From a candidate division WOR-3 bacterium (GTDB lineage Bacteria; Hydrothermota; Tepidihabitantia; Tepidihabitantales; Tepidihabitantaceae), in assembly GCA_965649225.1 (NCBI GenBank), contig CBFGJX010000011.1, forward strand, positions 1 to 64,000: 64,000 bases of DNA, written 5' to 3'. Numbering within the stretch: position 1 is the stretch's first letter; each line of letters opens with the position of its first letter. The notes beneath the pieces are model-generated. The model was not told the DNA's origin. It saw nothing but the letters and a program-made list of their open reading frames with translations, and made no database searches. The position numbers and the translations under genes were made by a program. Below, piece by piece: positions 19,549 through 27,977 of this stretch.

Positions 19549-20580
19549 TCAAACCGTACGGCCGCCCGGTCCCTTGCCGGGCCTGCGACCAAGTGATTCC
19601 AGCACCCGCAACAGATTGTGGTGGAATGCCTCGGCGGTGTCCGGTGCCGCAGCCTTGCCCGGGTAGATTTCGTACAGGGCCCGGTACTGCGGCGGTGTCA
19701 GGTTCGGCATCCAGACATTTGCCCCGCGCACCAGTCCCAGCTCGCGCCCCTGCCCGGGGTTCACTGTCGCCAGCGCCGTCGTCGTCGGGATATTGGCATC
19801 CGGACACGCCAGCCGCACCAGCGCCATCACCCGGGTCGTCATCTCGTCGGTTGCCGGAACCTGCTCCTCGGCAGGCAGTGCCAGTCTTGCCGCAGCACGG
19901 CCGAGCGGCGTGTCCGGGTGCGCGAGATATGGCCCGACCCCGACCATCTCCAGTCCAATCTCGCGGAACAGCAGTATGTCGTCGGCCAGCGACTCGTAGC
20001 TCTGGCCGGGAATGCCGACCATCACCCCGGACCCGGTCTCGTACCCCATCGCCTTGATGCGCCGGAGCAGTTCCAGTCGTGGCATTTCTTCATCGCCGCA
20101 AGGCGGATGGATTGCCCGGAACAGCTTCTCGTCCGACGTTTCGTGCTTCAGCAGATAGCGGTCCGCGCCGGCCGCCCGCCACAGCTCCAGTTCGGCCAAC
20201 CGGCGTTCGCCCAGGGACAAAGTCACCGCGAGCGGCGTTTCGTCTTTGATGCGCCGCACGACGCGTTCGACCCAGTCCGCCCTCAAAGCCGGGTCCTCAC
20301 CGGCCTGCAGCACGACCGTGCCATACCCGAGTCGCTCGGCCAGCCGGACGCACTCCATCACCTCGCCCTCGCTCAGCCGATAGCGCTCAATCCGCCGGCC
20401 GGCCCGAATGCCGCAGTAGTGGCACGCGCGCCGGCAGTAGTTGGAGATTTCTATCAGTCCCCGGAGATGGACCTCGTCGCCGACACGCTCGCGCCGCACC
20501 CGGTCGGCCTCAAGCCAGAGCACGTCGAGCCGCGAACGGTCGGCCTCTCGCAGCCAGCCGAGAATCTCCGCTCGCGTCAT
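19549..20580 (-). CDS. hydE: [FeFe]-hydrogenase maturase HydE (radical SAM)
   Basis: LRGLIEISNYCRRACHYCG, DRYLLKHET, YEIYPGK; ATGA overlap with hydF. Confidence 0.93.
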   Translation of the reverse strand: MTRAEILGWLREADRSRLDVLWLEADRVRRERVGDEVHLRGLIEISNYCRRACHYCGIRAGRRIERYRLSEGEVMECVRLAERLGYGTVVLQAGEDPALRADWVERVVRRIKDETPLAVTLSLGERRLAELELWRAAGADRYLLKHETSDEKLFRAIHPPCGDEEMPRLELLRRIKAMGYETGSGVMVGIPGQSYESLADDILLFREIGLEMVGVGPYLAHPDTPLGRAAARLALPAEEQVPATDEMTTRVMALVRLACPDANIPTTTALATVNPGQGRELGLVRGANVWMPNLTPPQYRALYEIYPGKAAAPDTAEAFHHNLLRVLESLGRRPGKGPGGRTV

Positions 20581-21812
20581 TGTGCCTGCCGCGTCTGCCG
20601 GTAGGCCTCGAGCGCGGCCGGGAAAGGCTCCAGCGCCCGCTCGAAGATGCCGAGCGACCAGGCTATGGCAAGGCCGTAGTTGGTGATTGGTACGCCCTGG
20701 GCCCGGCATTGCGCCACGCGGTTGAGCACTGCCCGGCGGTTGGTCATGCACGCCCCGCAGTGAATCACGAGGCGGTACTGTGATACATCGGCGGGAAAGT
20801 CATGGCCCTGATGGGTGACGAACTCGACCTTGCCGCCGACGTACTGGGTAATCCAGCGCGGGATTTTGACCCGGCCGATGTCGTCGGCGATTGGATGGTG
20901 ACTGCAGCTTTCCGCCACCAGCACGCGGTCCCCGGGCTTGAGCCGGTCGATCGCGACCGCGCCCCGCACCATCTCGACCAGGTCACCCTTGAACCGGGCG
21001 AACAGAATCGAAAACGAAGTCAGCTTCACGCCCGGCGGCGTGTCGGCCGAAACCTTGAGAAACGCCTGCGAGTCGGTCACGACGATGTCCGGTGGCCGGT
21101 TGAGCCGCGCGAGCGCATCCGCGAGCTCACGCTCCTTCACAACCAGGCAGTAGCCATCGTTGTCAAGGATGTCACGGATGGTCTGCACCTGCGGCTGAAT
21201 CAGCCGGCCGCGCGGCGCTTCCTTGTCAATCGGCACCACCAGCACTGCCATGCCGCCCGGCGGCACCAGGTCGCCGATTATCGTCGGCGGGTTCACGAAG
21301 TCCTCGGGCGCCGCTTCGATCAGGGCCTGCCTGAGTTCCAGCACGCCAGCGCCGTCGCGTGCGGCCGTACGCACGGTCCGCACCCCCTCCGCCTGCAGCT
21401 TTGCCTCGACGCTGTCCGGCGGCACGGCGACATCGCATTTGTTGAACACCGCGACCACCGGCACGCCCCGGGCGCGCAGTTCGGCGGCAATGCCCGCTTC
21501 GAATCCGCCCCAGCCGGCAGTGTCGGTCACGACAATGCCGACGTCGGTGCGCTCGATAATCCGCTGGGTTTTTTCCACCCGCATCGCGCCGAGCGCGCCC
21601 TCGTCGTCAATACCAGCGGTGTCGATGAACAACACCGGCCCCAGCGGCAGCAGCTCCATCGGCTTCTCGACCGGGTCGGTTGTCGTGCCCGCCACTTCTG
21701 AGACGATTGATACCTGCTGGCGGGTCAGCGCGTTCAACAGCGACGACTTGCCGACGTTGCGCCGGCCGAAGATGCCGATGTGCAGCCTCAGTGCCTTTGG
21801 CGCCGGCCTCAT
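20577..21812 (-). CDS. hydF: [FeFe]-hydrogenase maturation GTPase HydF
   Basis: GRRNVGKSS, GTTTDPV, CSHH..DIG, HCGACM. Confidence 0.96.
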   Translation of the reverse strand: MRPAPKALRLHIGIFGRRNVGKSSLLNALTRQQVSIVSEVAGTTTDPVEKPMELLPLGPVLFIDTAGIDDEGALGAMRVEKTQRIIERTDVGIVVTDTAGWGGFEAGIAAELRARGVPVVAVFNKCDVAVPPDSVEAKLQAEGVRTVRTAARDGAGVLELRQALIEAAPEDFVNPPTIIGDLVPPGGMAVLVVPIDKEAPRGRLIQPQVQTIRDILDNDGYCLVVKERELADALARLNRPPDIVVTDSQAFLKVSADTPPGVKLTSFSILFARFKGDLVEMVRGAVAIDRLKPGDRVLVAESCSHHPIADDIGRVKIPRWITQYVGGKVEFVTHQGHDFPADVSQYRLVIHCGACMTNRRAVLNRVAQCRAQGVPITNYGLAIAWSLGIFERALEPFPAALEAYRQTRQAQ

Positions 21813-23269
21813 CCACCGGTCCCCTGCCGGCCGCCCGGCTCTGGACTCCCCAGCCGGTTGACCGCCTCCGGCGCCACCAGTTCATCAAACCGCTCCGGTG
21901 CCAGCCCGAAAAGTTCCTGGGCCAGGTCGCGCAGCTGCCGACCGGTCCGGGCCGCTTCCTGCACCAGCCGTTGACAGTTTTCATAACCGAGTTCGCCGAC
22001 CAGAGCGGTGACGGTGGCAGTGGCGGTTTCGACAAACCGGCGGCAGCGCGCTTCGTTTGCCCGCAGGCCGGCCACGCAGTTCCGCGCCAGAATCCCGGCG
22101 GCGTTGCGCAGCAGGTCGAGTTCGTCGAGCAGGCAGAAGGCAATCAGCGGCAGGAACTGGTTGAGTTCCAGGTTGCCGCCAGCCGCCGCGGCCGCCAGCA
22201 CGCCGTCCAGTCCCATCACCAGCAGTGCCGTCTGCGCCACCGCTTCGGGAATCACCGGGTTGACCTTGCCCGGCATGATCGTCGAGCCGGTCTGGCGTGC
22301 GGGCAGCACCAGTTCACCCAGTCCGGCCTCGGGGCCCGACGCCAGCAGCCGCAGGTCGTTGCTGATCTTGAAAAGATTGACGGCACAGCTTTTGAGTATT
22401 CCCGACACCTCGACAAAGGCATCGCAGTTCTGGGTTGCCTCGACGAGGTTTTCGGCCCGGGCCAGCGGCAGAGCGGTAATCTCGCGCAGGATATCGGTCG
22501 CCCGAAAAATGTAGCGGCGCGGGGCGCCGATGCCGGTGCCGACAGCAGTGCCACCGAGGTTGACCGTCCGCAGCCTCTCGCTGCTTTTGAATACCCGCCA
22601 GCGATCGCGGGCAAAGGCCTCGGCATAGGCCCCCATCTCGCGCCCGAGCGTAATCAGCACTGCATCCTGCAGCTCGGTGCGGCCGACCTTGACCACACCG
22701 GCAAACTCCTGTTCTTTGGCCTGAAAGGCTTCCTGCAGTCCCACCAGCGCGGTCTCGAGTTCGGCCAGCGCCCACAGCGCCGCCACCCGCAGTGCGGTCG
22801 GAAAGGTGTCGTTGGTTGACTGATGCCGGTTGATGTCGTCATAGGGCGACACCCGACGGTAGTCGCCTTTGCGCCCGCCCAGTATTTCCAGCGCCCGGTT
22901 CGCCAGTACCTCGTTGACATTCATGTTGGTTGCCGTGCCGGCCCCGCCCTGAAGTGCGTCCACCACTACCTGGTCGTCGAATCGGCCGGCCATCATCTCC
23001 CGGCAGGCCTGCTCGATGGCGTCGGCCCGGGCGGCATCGTCACCAAAGACCCCGATCTCACGGTTGGCGCGGGCGCAGGCGAGCTTGACCGCCCCATAGG
23101 CACGCACCAGCCGCGGATGCACCGGTCGGTTGCTGAGGGGAAAGTTTTCCCGGGCCCGGACGGTATGAATGCCGTAAAGCGCCGCTGCCGGCACACTGCG
23201 TTCGCCCAGCAGGTCCGACTCGGTGCGGTTCTGCTCGGCAGGAAACTCAGAAGCAGAAGTCGCGCTCAT
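21809..23269 (-). CDS. aspA: Aspartate ammonia-lyase
   Basis: QGGAGT, HQSTND, GRTELQDA, GSTIMPGKVNP; start re-set to ATG 23269. Confidence 0.9.
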   Translation of the reverse strand: MSATSASEFPAEQNRTESDLLGERSVPAAALYGIHTVRARENFPLSNRPVHPRLVRAYGAVKLACARANREIGVFGDDAARADAIEQACREMMAGRFDDQVVVDALQGGAGTATNMNVNEVLANRALEILGGRKGDYRRVSPYDDINRHQSTNDTFPTALRVAALWALAELETALVGLQEAFQAKEQEFAGVVKVGRTELQDAVLITLGREMGAYAEAFARDRWRVFKSSERLRTVNLGGTAVGTGIGAPRRYIFRATDILREITALPLARAENLVEATQNCDAFVEVSGILKSCAVNLFKISNDLRLLASGPEAGLGELVLPARQTGSTIMPGKVNPVIPEAVAQTALLVMGLDGVLAAAAAGGNLELNQFLPLIAFCLLDELDLLRNAAGILARNCVAGLRANEARCRRFVETATATVTALVGELGYENCQRLVQEAARTGRQLRDLAQELFGLAPERFDELVAPEAVNRLGSPEPGGRQGTGG

Positions 23270-24665
23270 CGGTTGTCCGGATTCGTTCAATCCGCTGCTG
23301 CACCTGCTGCCGACGGACAGGGTCGGCAATTGCGGCCAGCTCGCGCTCGATCAGCGCAAAGCCGGCGGCGCGTGTCTCGGGCCCGGCGTAGTCGACGAGG
23401 TACTCGGCCAGAGTGACCAGTGCATTGGGAGTGCAGTAACGCTTGATGAAGCCGGGCCGGGAAAACTCCATGAAATGCTCGCCGGTCCGGCCCAGCCGGT
23501 AGCACGAAGTACACCAGCTCGGCACAAAGCCATCGGCAATCAGCTCCCCGACAACCGTTTCCAGCGACCGGGTGTCCTTGATTTCGAACTGCTCGCGATT
23601 GAGCTCCTGGCTGCCGTCGCCGCGACACTCATGGTAGCCGCCGAGCTCAATCCGGGTCCCGGCGTCAATCTGCGATACGCCGAGCTGCAGCGCCCGCCGC
23701 CGGATTTCCGGCCGCTCCCGGGCGGTGAGAATCAGTCCGGTATAAGGGACGGCAAGCCGCAGGACGGCAATCAGCCGCAGAAAGTCGTCGTCGCTGACAA
23801 AGTACCTTCGGTCCAGCTTGACGTTGGCAGCCGGGTTTATCCGTGGAAAGCTGATGGTGTGCGGTCCGACACCAAACTCGTCTTCAAGGTGAATGGCATG
23901 CAGCAGCAGGCCCAGCACCTCAAACCGCCAGTCGTACAGCCCGAACAGCGCACCGATGCCGACATCGTCCACCCCGGCCTGCATTGCCCGGTCGTGCGCC
24001 AGCAGCCGCCAGCGGTAGTCGCCCTTGCGGGTGTTCTGCGGGTGTACCCGGCGGTAGGTTTCGTGGTGATAGGTTTCCTGAAAGACCTGGTAGGTACCGA
24101 TGCCAACCGCTTTCATCGTCCGGTAGCCCTCCACATCGAGCGGCGCCGCGTTGATGTTCACCCGCCGTATCGCGCCCTTGCCGACCCTGGTCGAGTACAC
24201 GATACGTACCACTCGCGCCATCTCATCGGCTGAATAGTCCGGATGTTCGCCCCAGACCAGTATCAGCCGCTTGTGGCCCTGTTGTTGCAGCGCGGTCAGC
24301 TCGCTGTGCAGTTCGGCATCGGTCAGTGTCTTGCGCACGACATCGCGGTTGGTGGCCTTGAAACCGCAGTAGATGCAGTCATTGACGCACTTGTCGCCGA
24401 TATACAGCGGTGCAAACAGCACGATGCGGTTGCCGTACACCGCCTCCTTCAGCTCGCGGGCGGCGGTGAAAATCTCCTCCCACAGCCCCGAGTCTTCGAC
24501 TGCCAGCAGCGTCGCCGCTTCCGCCGGTTCCAGCCGGTTCTTGGCCCGGCTTTTGGCCAGAATCTCGCGCACCCGGCCGGGATCAGGCTTCGTCTCCTGC
24601 AGCAGCCTCTGGATTCGGCCGTCGTCAATGAAATCAGTCACGCCCGTGCCGTTGTCTGTTTTCAC
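23247..24665 (-). CDS. hydG: [FeFe]-hydrogenase maturase HydG (radical SAM)
   Basis: FAPLY..CVNDCIYCG, FQETYH, GPHTIS; C-terminal CTSC-x22-C. Confidence 0.96.
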   Translation of the reverse strand: MKTDNGTGVTDFIDDGRIQRLLQETKPDPGRVREILAKSRAKNRLEPAEAATLLAVEDSGLWEEIFTAARELKEAVYGNRIVLFAPLYIGDKCVNDCIYCGFKATNRDVVRKTLTDAELHSELTALQQQGHKRLILVWGEHPDYSADEMARVVRIVYSTRVGKGAIRRVNINAAPLDVEGYRTMKAVGIGTYQVFQETYHHETYRRVHPQNTRKGDYRWRLLAHDRAMQAGVDDVGIGALFGLYDWRFEVLGLLLHAIHLEDEFGVGPHTISFPRINPAANVKLDRRYFVSDDDFLRLIAVLRLAVPYTGLILTARERPEIRRRALQLGVSQIDAGTRIELGGYHECRGDGSQELNREQFEIKDTRSLETVVGELIADGFVPSWCTSCYRLGRTGEHFMEFSRPGFIKRYCTPNALVTLAEYLVDYAGPETRAAGFALIERELAAIADPVRRQQVQQRIERIRTTDERDFCF

Positions 24666-24970
24666 GAATCCTCCCCGTTGGTCCGGTCACCGCGCCCGCC
24701 GTCTTTCTTGCGCAGTGCCACCTTGACACTCACGCCCGGAATCGAACCGAGCCGGCCGGTCATGGCCCCGATTTCATCGTTGGTGCCATCGACGATGACC
24801 GCAACCACCGACAGATTCCTTTCCCGGTACGGGATACCCATGCGTCCGACAACTATCCGGGCATAATCGGACAGCACCGTGTTTACCAGTGGCGCTGCCG
24901 CCAGCCGGTTCTCCACAAACACCGCCACAACACCCAGCCGCTGCTCGGCGGTCGACGACGTCTCGCTCAC
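24662..24970 (-). CDS. TM1266 family ACT-like protein (putative iron-only hydrogenase system regulator)
   Basis: RLGVVAVFVENR..VGRMGIPYRER..GRLGSIPGVSVK; GTG start. Confidence 0.88.
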   Translation of the reverse strand: MSETSSTAEQRLGVVAVFVENRLAAAPLVNTVLSDYARIVVGRMGIPYRERNLSVVAVIVDGTNDEIGAMTGRLGSIPGVSVKVALRKKDGGRGDRTNGEDS

Positions 24971-25028
24971 TTTCGTTACCTCTTTCGCTGCTAATTCTGG
25001 GAAGCATTCGAGGCCGGAACGCCCCGCC

Positions 25029-25145
25029 GGACTCAGGCGCCTGCGCGCCCTTGTCCCGGGACCAGGCTTCCGAACTGGGTCCTTCGGACCGGCCGCTGCC
25101 CGTCCGTCAGACAAGACATTTTAGCTGGCTGACCTCACTGGTCAA
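25029..25145 (-). promoter_or_regulatory. hyd operon promoter (TTGACC-N16-TAAAAT) and structured leader with three GGAC..GTCC hairpins
   Basis: -35 at 25145-25140, -10 at 25123-25118; hairpins at 25086-25105, 25059-25082, 25029-25056. Confidence 0.5.
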
Positions 25146-25240
25146 GATGGTTGACTCACATCGTCGTTCGACCCCAACCCGCCGAGTCGCCCGGACCAGT
25201 CCTGCTGTGGACATCGGGCCTCAAGCGGTATAATTCCCCG

Positions 25241-25810
25241 ATGGACTACGCGCTCTATGCGCTGCTCGGCATCGGCCTGGCCGCGGCCTGCGGGTTCCGC
25301 GTGTTCGTGCCGCCGCTCGTGCTGAGCATCGCCACGCTCGCCGGCAAGGTCGAGCTCGCGCCCGGGTTCGACTGGCTCGGCACCTGGCCCGCGCTGGTTG
25401 TCTTCGGCGTGGCGACCCTGCTGGAAATCGCGGCCTACTTCATCCCCTGGCTCGACAATTTGCTCGACACCATCGCCACCCCAGCGGCCGTAGTCGCCGG
25501 CGTCGTGGTAGCCGCGGCCGTGATGGTCCGGATGCCGCCGCTGGTCCGCTGGCCCCTGGCCATCATCGCCGGCGGCGGCATCGCCGGCATTATCCAGGCC
25601 GCGACCGTCGCGATACGCGGCGCCTCGACCGCCACTACCGGCGGCGCGGCCAACCCCATAGCCGCGACTGCCGAGGCCGGTGGCGCGACCGGAATGTCCT
25701 TGCTCAGCCTCTTCGCACCGTTTGTCGCTGGAATCGCCGCGGTCGTGCTTGTCGCGGTCCTGCTGTCGGTGTTCCTGCGTCTCCGGCGCCGGCGGGCGGC
25801 AGCGCGCTGA
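25241..25810 (+). CDS. DUF4126-type membrane protein
   Basis: GLAAACGFRVFVP, YFIPWLDNLLD; TATAAT 6 nt before ATG. Confidence 0.85.
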   Translation: MDYALYALLGIGLAAACGFRVFVPPLVLSIATLAGKVELAPGFDWLGTWPALVVFGVATLLEIAAYFIPWLDNLLDTIATPAAVVAGVVVAAAVMVRMPPLVRWPLAIIAGGGIAGIIQAATVAIRGASTATTGGAANPIAATAEAGGATGMSLLSLFAPFVAGIAAVVLVAVLLSVFLRLRRRRAAAR

Positions 25811-25857
25811 CGCACCGACCGGCTGATCTGCGAATTGAAGCCGGGGCGCGCGCGACT

Positions 25858-27429
25858 CTAGTTCAGGCCGACCGCCCTCACCTTGCCGGTGAATCTGAAC
25901 AGACCGTTCTCGATGGTTATCGCATCCGACGGCGGTTCCGCCGCCGGGTTGCGGCCCGGTGCCCACCAGCCCAGGGTGCCGGAAAAGTGGCCGGTGATGG
26001 CGTCGTTGCGGCACCGGTCGACAGCGATGGTTCCGTTCACCCCGACAAAGTCCTTCATAACCATGTAGGTGCGTTCACGGGCGACGTCCATCCAGTAGAT
26101 GATCGCGCCCTCGTCCGATGAGCAGTTGAACTCGCCGGGCTGGCCGCTGGGAAAGTAGATGTTCACGGTCGCAGCGACCTCCGTGCTTCGGTCCGGGCAG
26201 AGCAGTGCGTTCACGTGCGAGCCGGTGTTGCCCCGTGTCGCCTGCACCGCTGCCGCTTTCAGCAGCTCTCCGGAGCGCGTCGCGTTGCAGACCGCGCGCA
26301 GCAGGACCACGCTGTCGCCGTACACCCGGAATTCTGCCTGACCGCCGCGTCTCGGCTTGGGGTCAACAAGGCTGCCCATCGCTGACCTGGCCTCGCCCGG
26401 GAAGCAGGAGTCCGCCATCGCGCTGAAGAACATCGTGTCCTTGCCGCACGACCACTCGTCCCCGACAGCCCAGGTGTAACCGCAGACAATGTCAGCCCCG
26501 GCATCGAGAAAGGCCTGCACCAGCGCCGGTGTCGAGAAAGCGGCGTAGGCGCTGTAACAGCACGAGAGGTAGACAATGGTCTTGGTCTGGTTCAACGGCA
26601 AGGACTCGGCCGTGTCGAAATTCGCGTTGACGCGGATGAACCCGGGCAGGATGACGATGCTGTAGTTCGGCGTCCCCTCGAACCGCACCACCGCGGCCTG
26701 GCGCACCTGGTCCGGGCCGGGATTCAAATAGCCGGCGAGCTGTGTGACCGCCGCCTCGGCCATTGACCGCTTCGAGTAGGTCTTGCCGAGCACAAGCCCG
26801 GCAACCTCCACGCCGACACCCGGTTCGATCGGCACGGTCGTGCCGTGACCGCTCCAGAACAGCACGTCTGAGCCGGGGTTGAACTCGCCCAGTGCCAGAC
26901 CGAGGTCCACTTCGCTGCCCCGGAACCGATCGTAGCTCTCCCAGTTAAGCTTGCGGCTGAGGATACCCCGGATTGCATCGCTCGCCCGCCGGGTCCCGGG
27001 CAGCTCGGCATCGAACGGCAGCACGTAGGTGGCGCCGTCCTGGACCTCGCCGCCGCCGGCGACCCGCACGGACGGTGTCTGCACGCGCGCGGCCGTGTCG
27101 CAGGCGGCGGTGTCGCGGCTGATGTCGCCCGTGCCGGCCAGGAGACCGTTCGAGAAAAAGGCCCAGACCGTGCTGTCCGGCGCCACCTGCGCGGTGTCGA
27201 CGCCCTCCTGCGTCAGGAGGAACGTCTGCGCCTCGGCGCAGGCCGCGTCGACGTCCCCAGCCGTGAACCGGGCGTGGTAAATGGCCGCAGCCGAGTCCAT
27301 CACCGAAAGATTGGCCTCGATCGTGCGCCGCTCGAACTCGTCGTACTTCACCGGTCCGATGTCGCACGCGCCCAGCACCACGACCGCTGCGCACGCGAGA
27401 ACGCGAAAGTCCAGCTGTCTGCTGCTCGT
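25858..27429 (-). CDS. Lipoprotein with clan CD (caspase/CHAT/gingipain-like) peptidase domain; putative ACG start
   Basis: Lipobox LGAC; VLFWSGHG and IVYLSCCYS dyad motifs; AGGAGG-N4-ACG at 27429 (track ORF starts at 27381). Confidence 0.6.
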   Translation of the reverse strand, partial: TSSRQLDFRVLACAAVVVLGACDIGPVKYDEFERRTIEANLSVMDSAAAIYHARFTAGDVDAACAEAQTFLLTQEGVDTAQVAPDSTVWAFFSNGLLAGTGDISRDTAACDTAARVQTPSVRVAGGGEVQDGATYVLPFDAELPGTRRASDAIRGILSRKLNWESYDRFRGSEVDLGLALGEFNPGSDVLFWSGHGTTVPIEPGVGVEVAGLVLGKTYSKRSMAEAAVTQLAGYLNPGPDQVRQAAVVRFEGTPNYSIVILPGFIRVNANFDTAESLPLNQTKTIVYLSCCYSAYAAFSTPALVQAFLDAGADIVCGYTWAVGDEWSCGKDTMFFSAMADSCFPGEARSAMGSLVDPKPRRGGQAEFRVYGDSVVLLRAVCNATRSGELLKAAAVQATRGNTGSHVNALLCPDRSTEVAATVNIYFPSGQPGEFNCSSDEGAIIYWMDVARERTYMVMKDFVGVNGTIAVDRCRNDAITGHFSGTLGWWAPGRNPAAEPPSDAITIENGLFRFTGKVRAVGLN

Positions 27430-27652
27430 AATGCCTCCTGCGTTAACGGTAACGTTTGTCTGTCTGCGGAAACCCGGATTGACGCTACCCGCAGCCGGGC
27501 CGGATGCTCCCGGCCGGGGTATCCTAAGATGATGCCTGTCTCATCCGGGCGAGTGTAGAAGACCGGGCAAGGTTGTCAATGGACTTACGGCAAGCAGTTG
27601 CGGACAAGCAAAGGTCGAAGCCCTTGCCCGCACCGGTAATCTTCACGATTAC

Positions 27653-27733
27653 GACCGGGATGACCATTCTCAACCTCGTCGCGCGGTTTGTCGCCGGTAT
27701 CGTTACCGTAACTCTTGTTGCGGTCCTGCTGTC
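27653..27733 (+). pseudogene. Degenerate copy of the DUF4126 gene 3' segment (25687-25767)
   Basis: 62/81 nt identical without gaps by manual alignment; peptide FVAGI..LVAVLLS retained. Confidence 0.7.
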
Positions 27734-27977
27734 AATATTACTGCCATCTGCCCGGCTTTGTTCAAGAAACAACACCTGAGATGGCAAACCGCCGACCCTG
27801 TCATTCAGCAAATCGGTGCCGACCTGCTGCTGAAAGTGCCAATGTTCCAGCCCGCAGGAATCAAAGAGTTTCCCCCGCACCTGGCCCGAGTCCTGCGAAC
27901 GGTCAACAAGCTGACCAGATGCAACAATGAGGACAACGTGACGGTCCGGGCGCAGCCGGACTGCTCGTCAACCCGAG

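Noticed and set aside
25050..25115. Hammerhead ribozyme or TPP/NiCo riboswitch in the hyd leader
   Set aside because: Core reads CTGACGG/GAAG rather than CUGANGA/GAAA; TPP and NiCo consensus blocks are missing; the CTTGTC/GACAAG outer stem overlaps the predicted TSS
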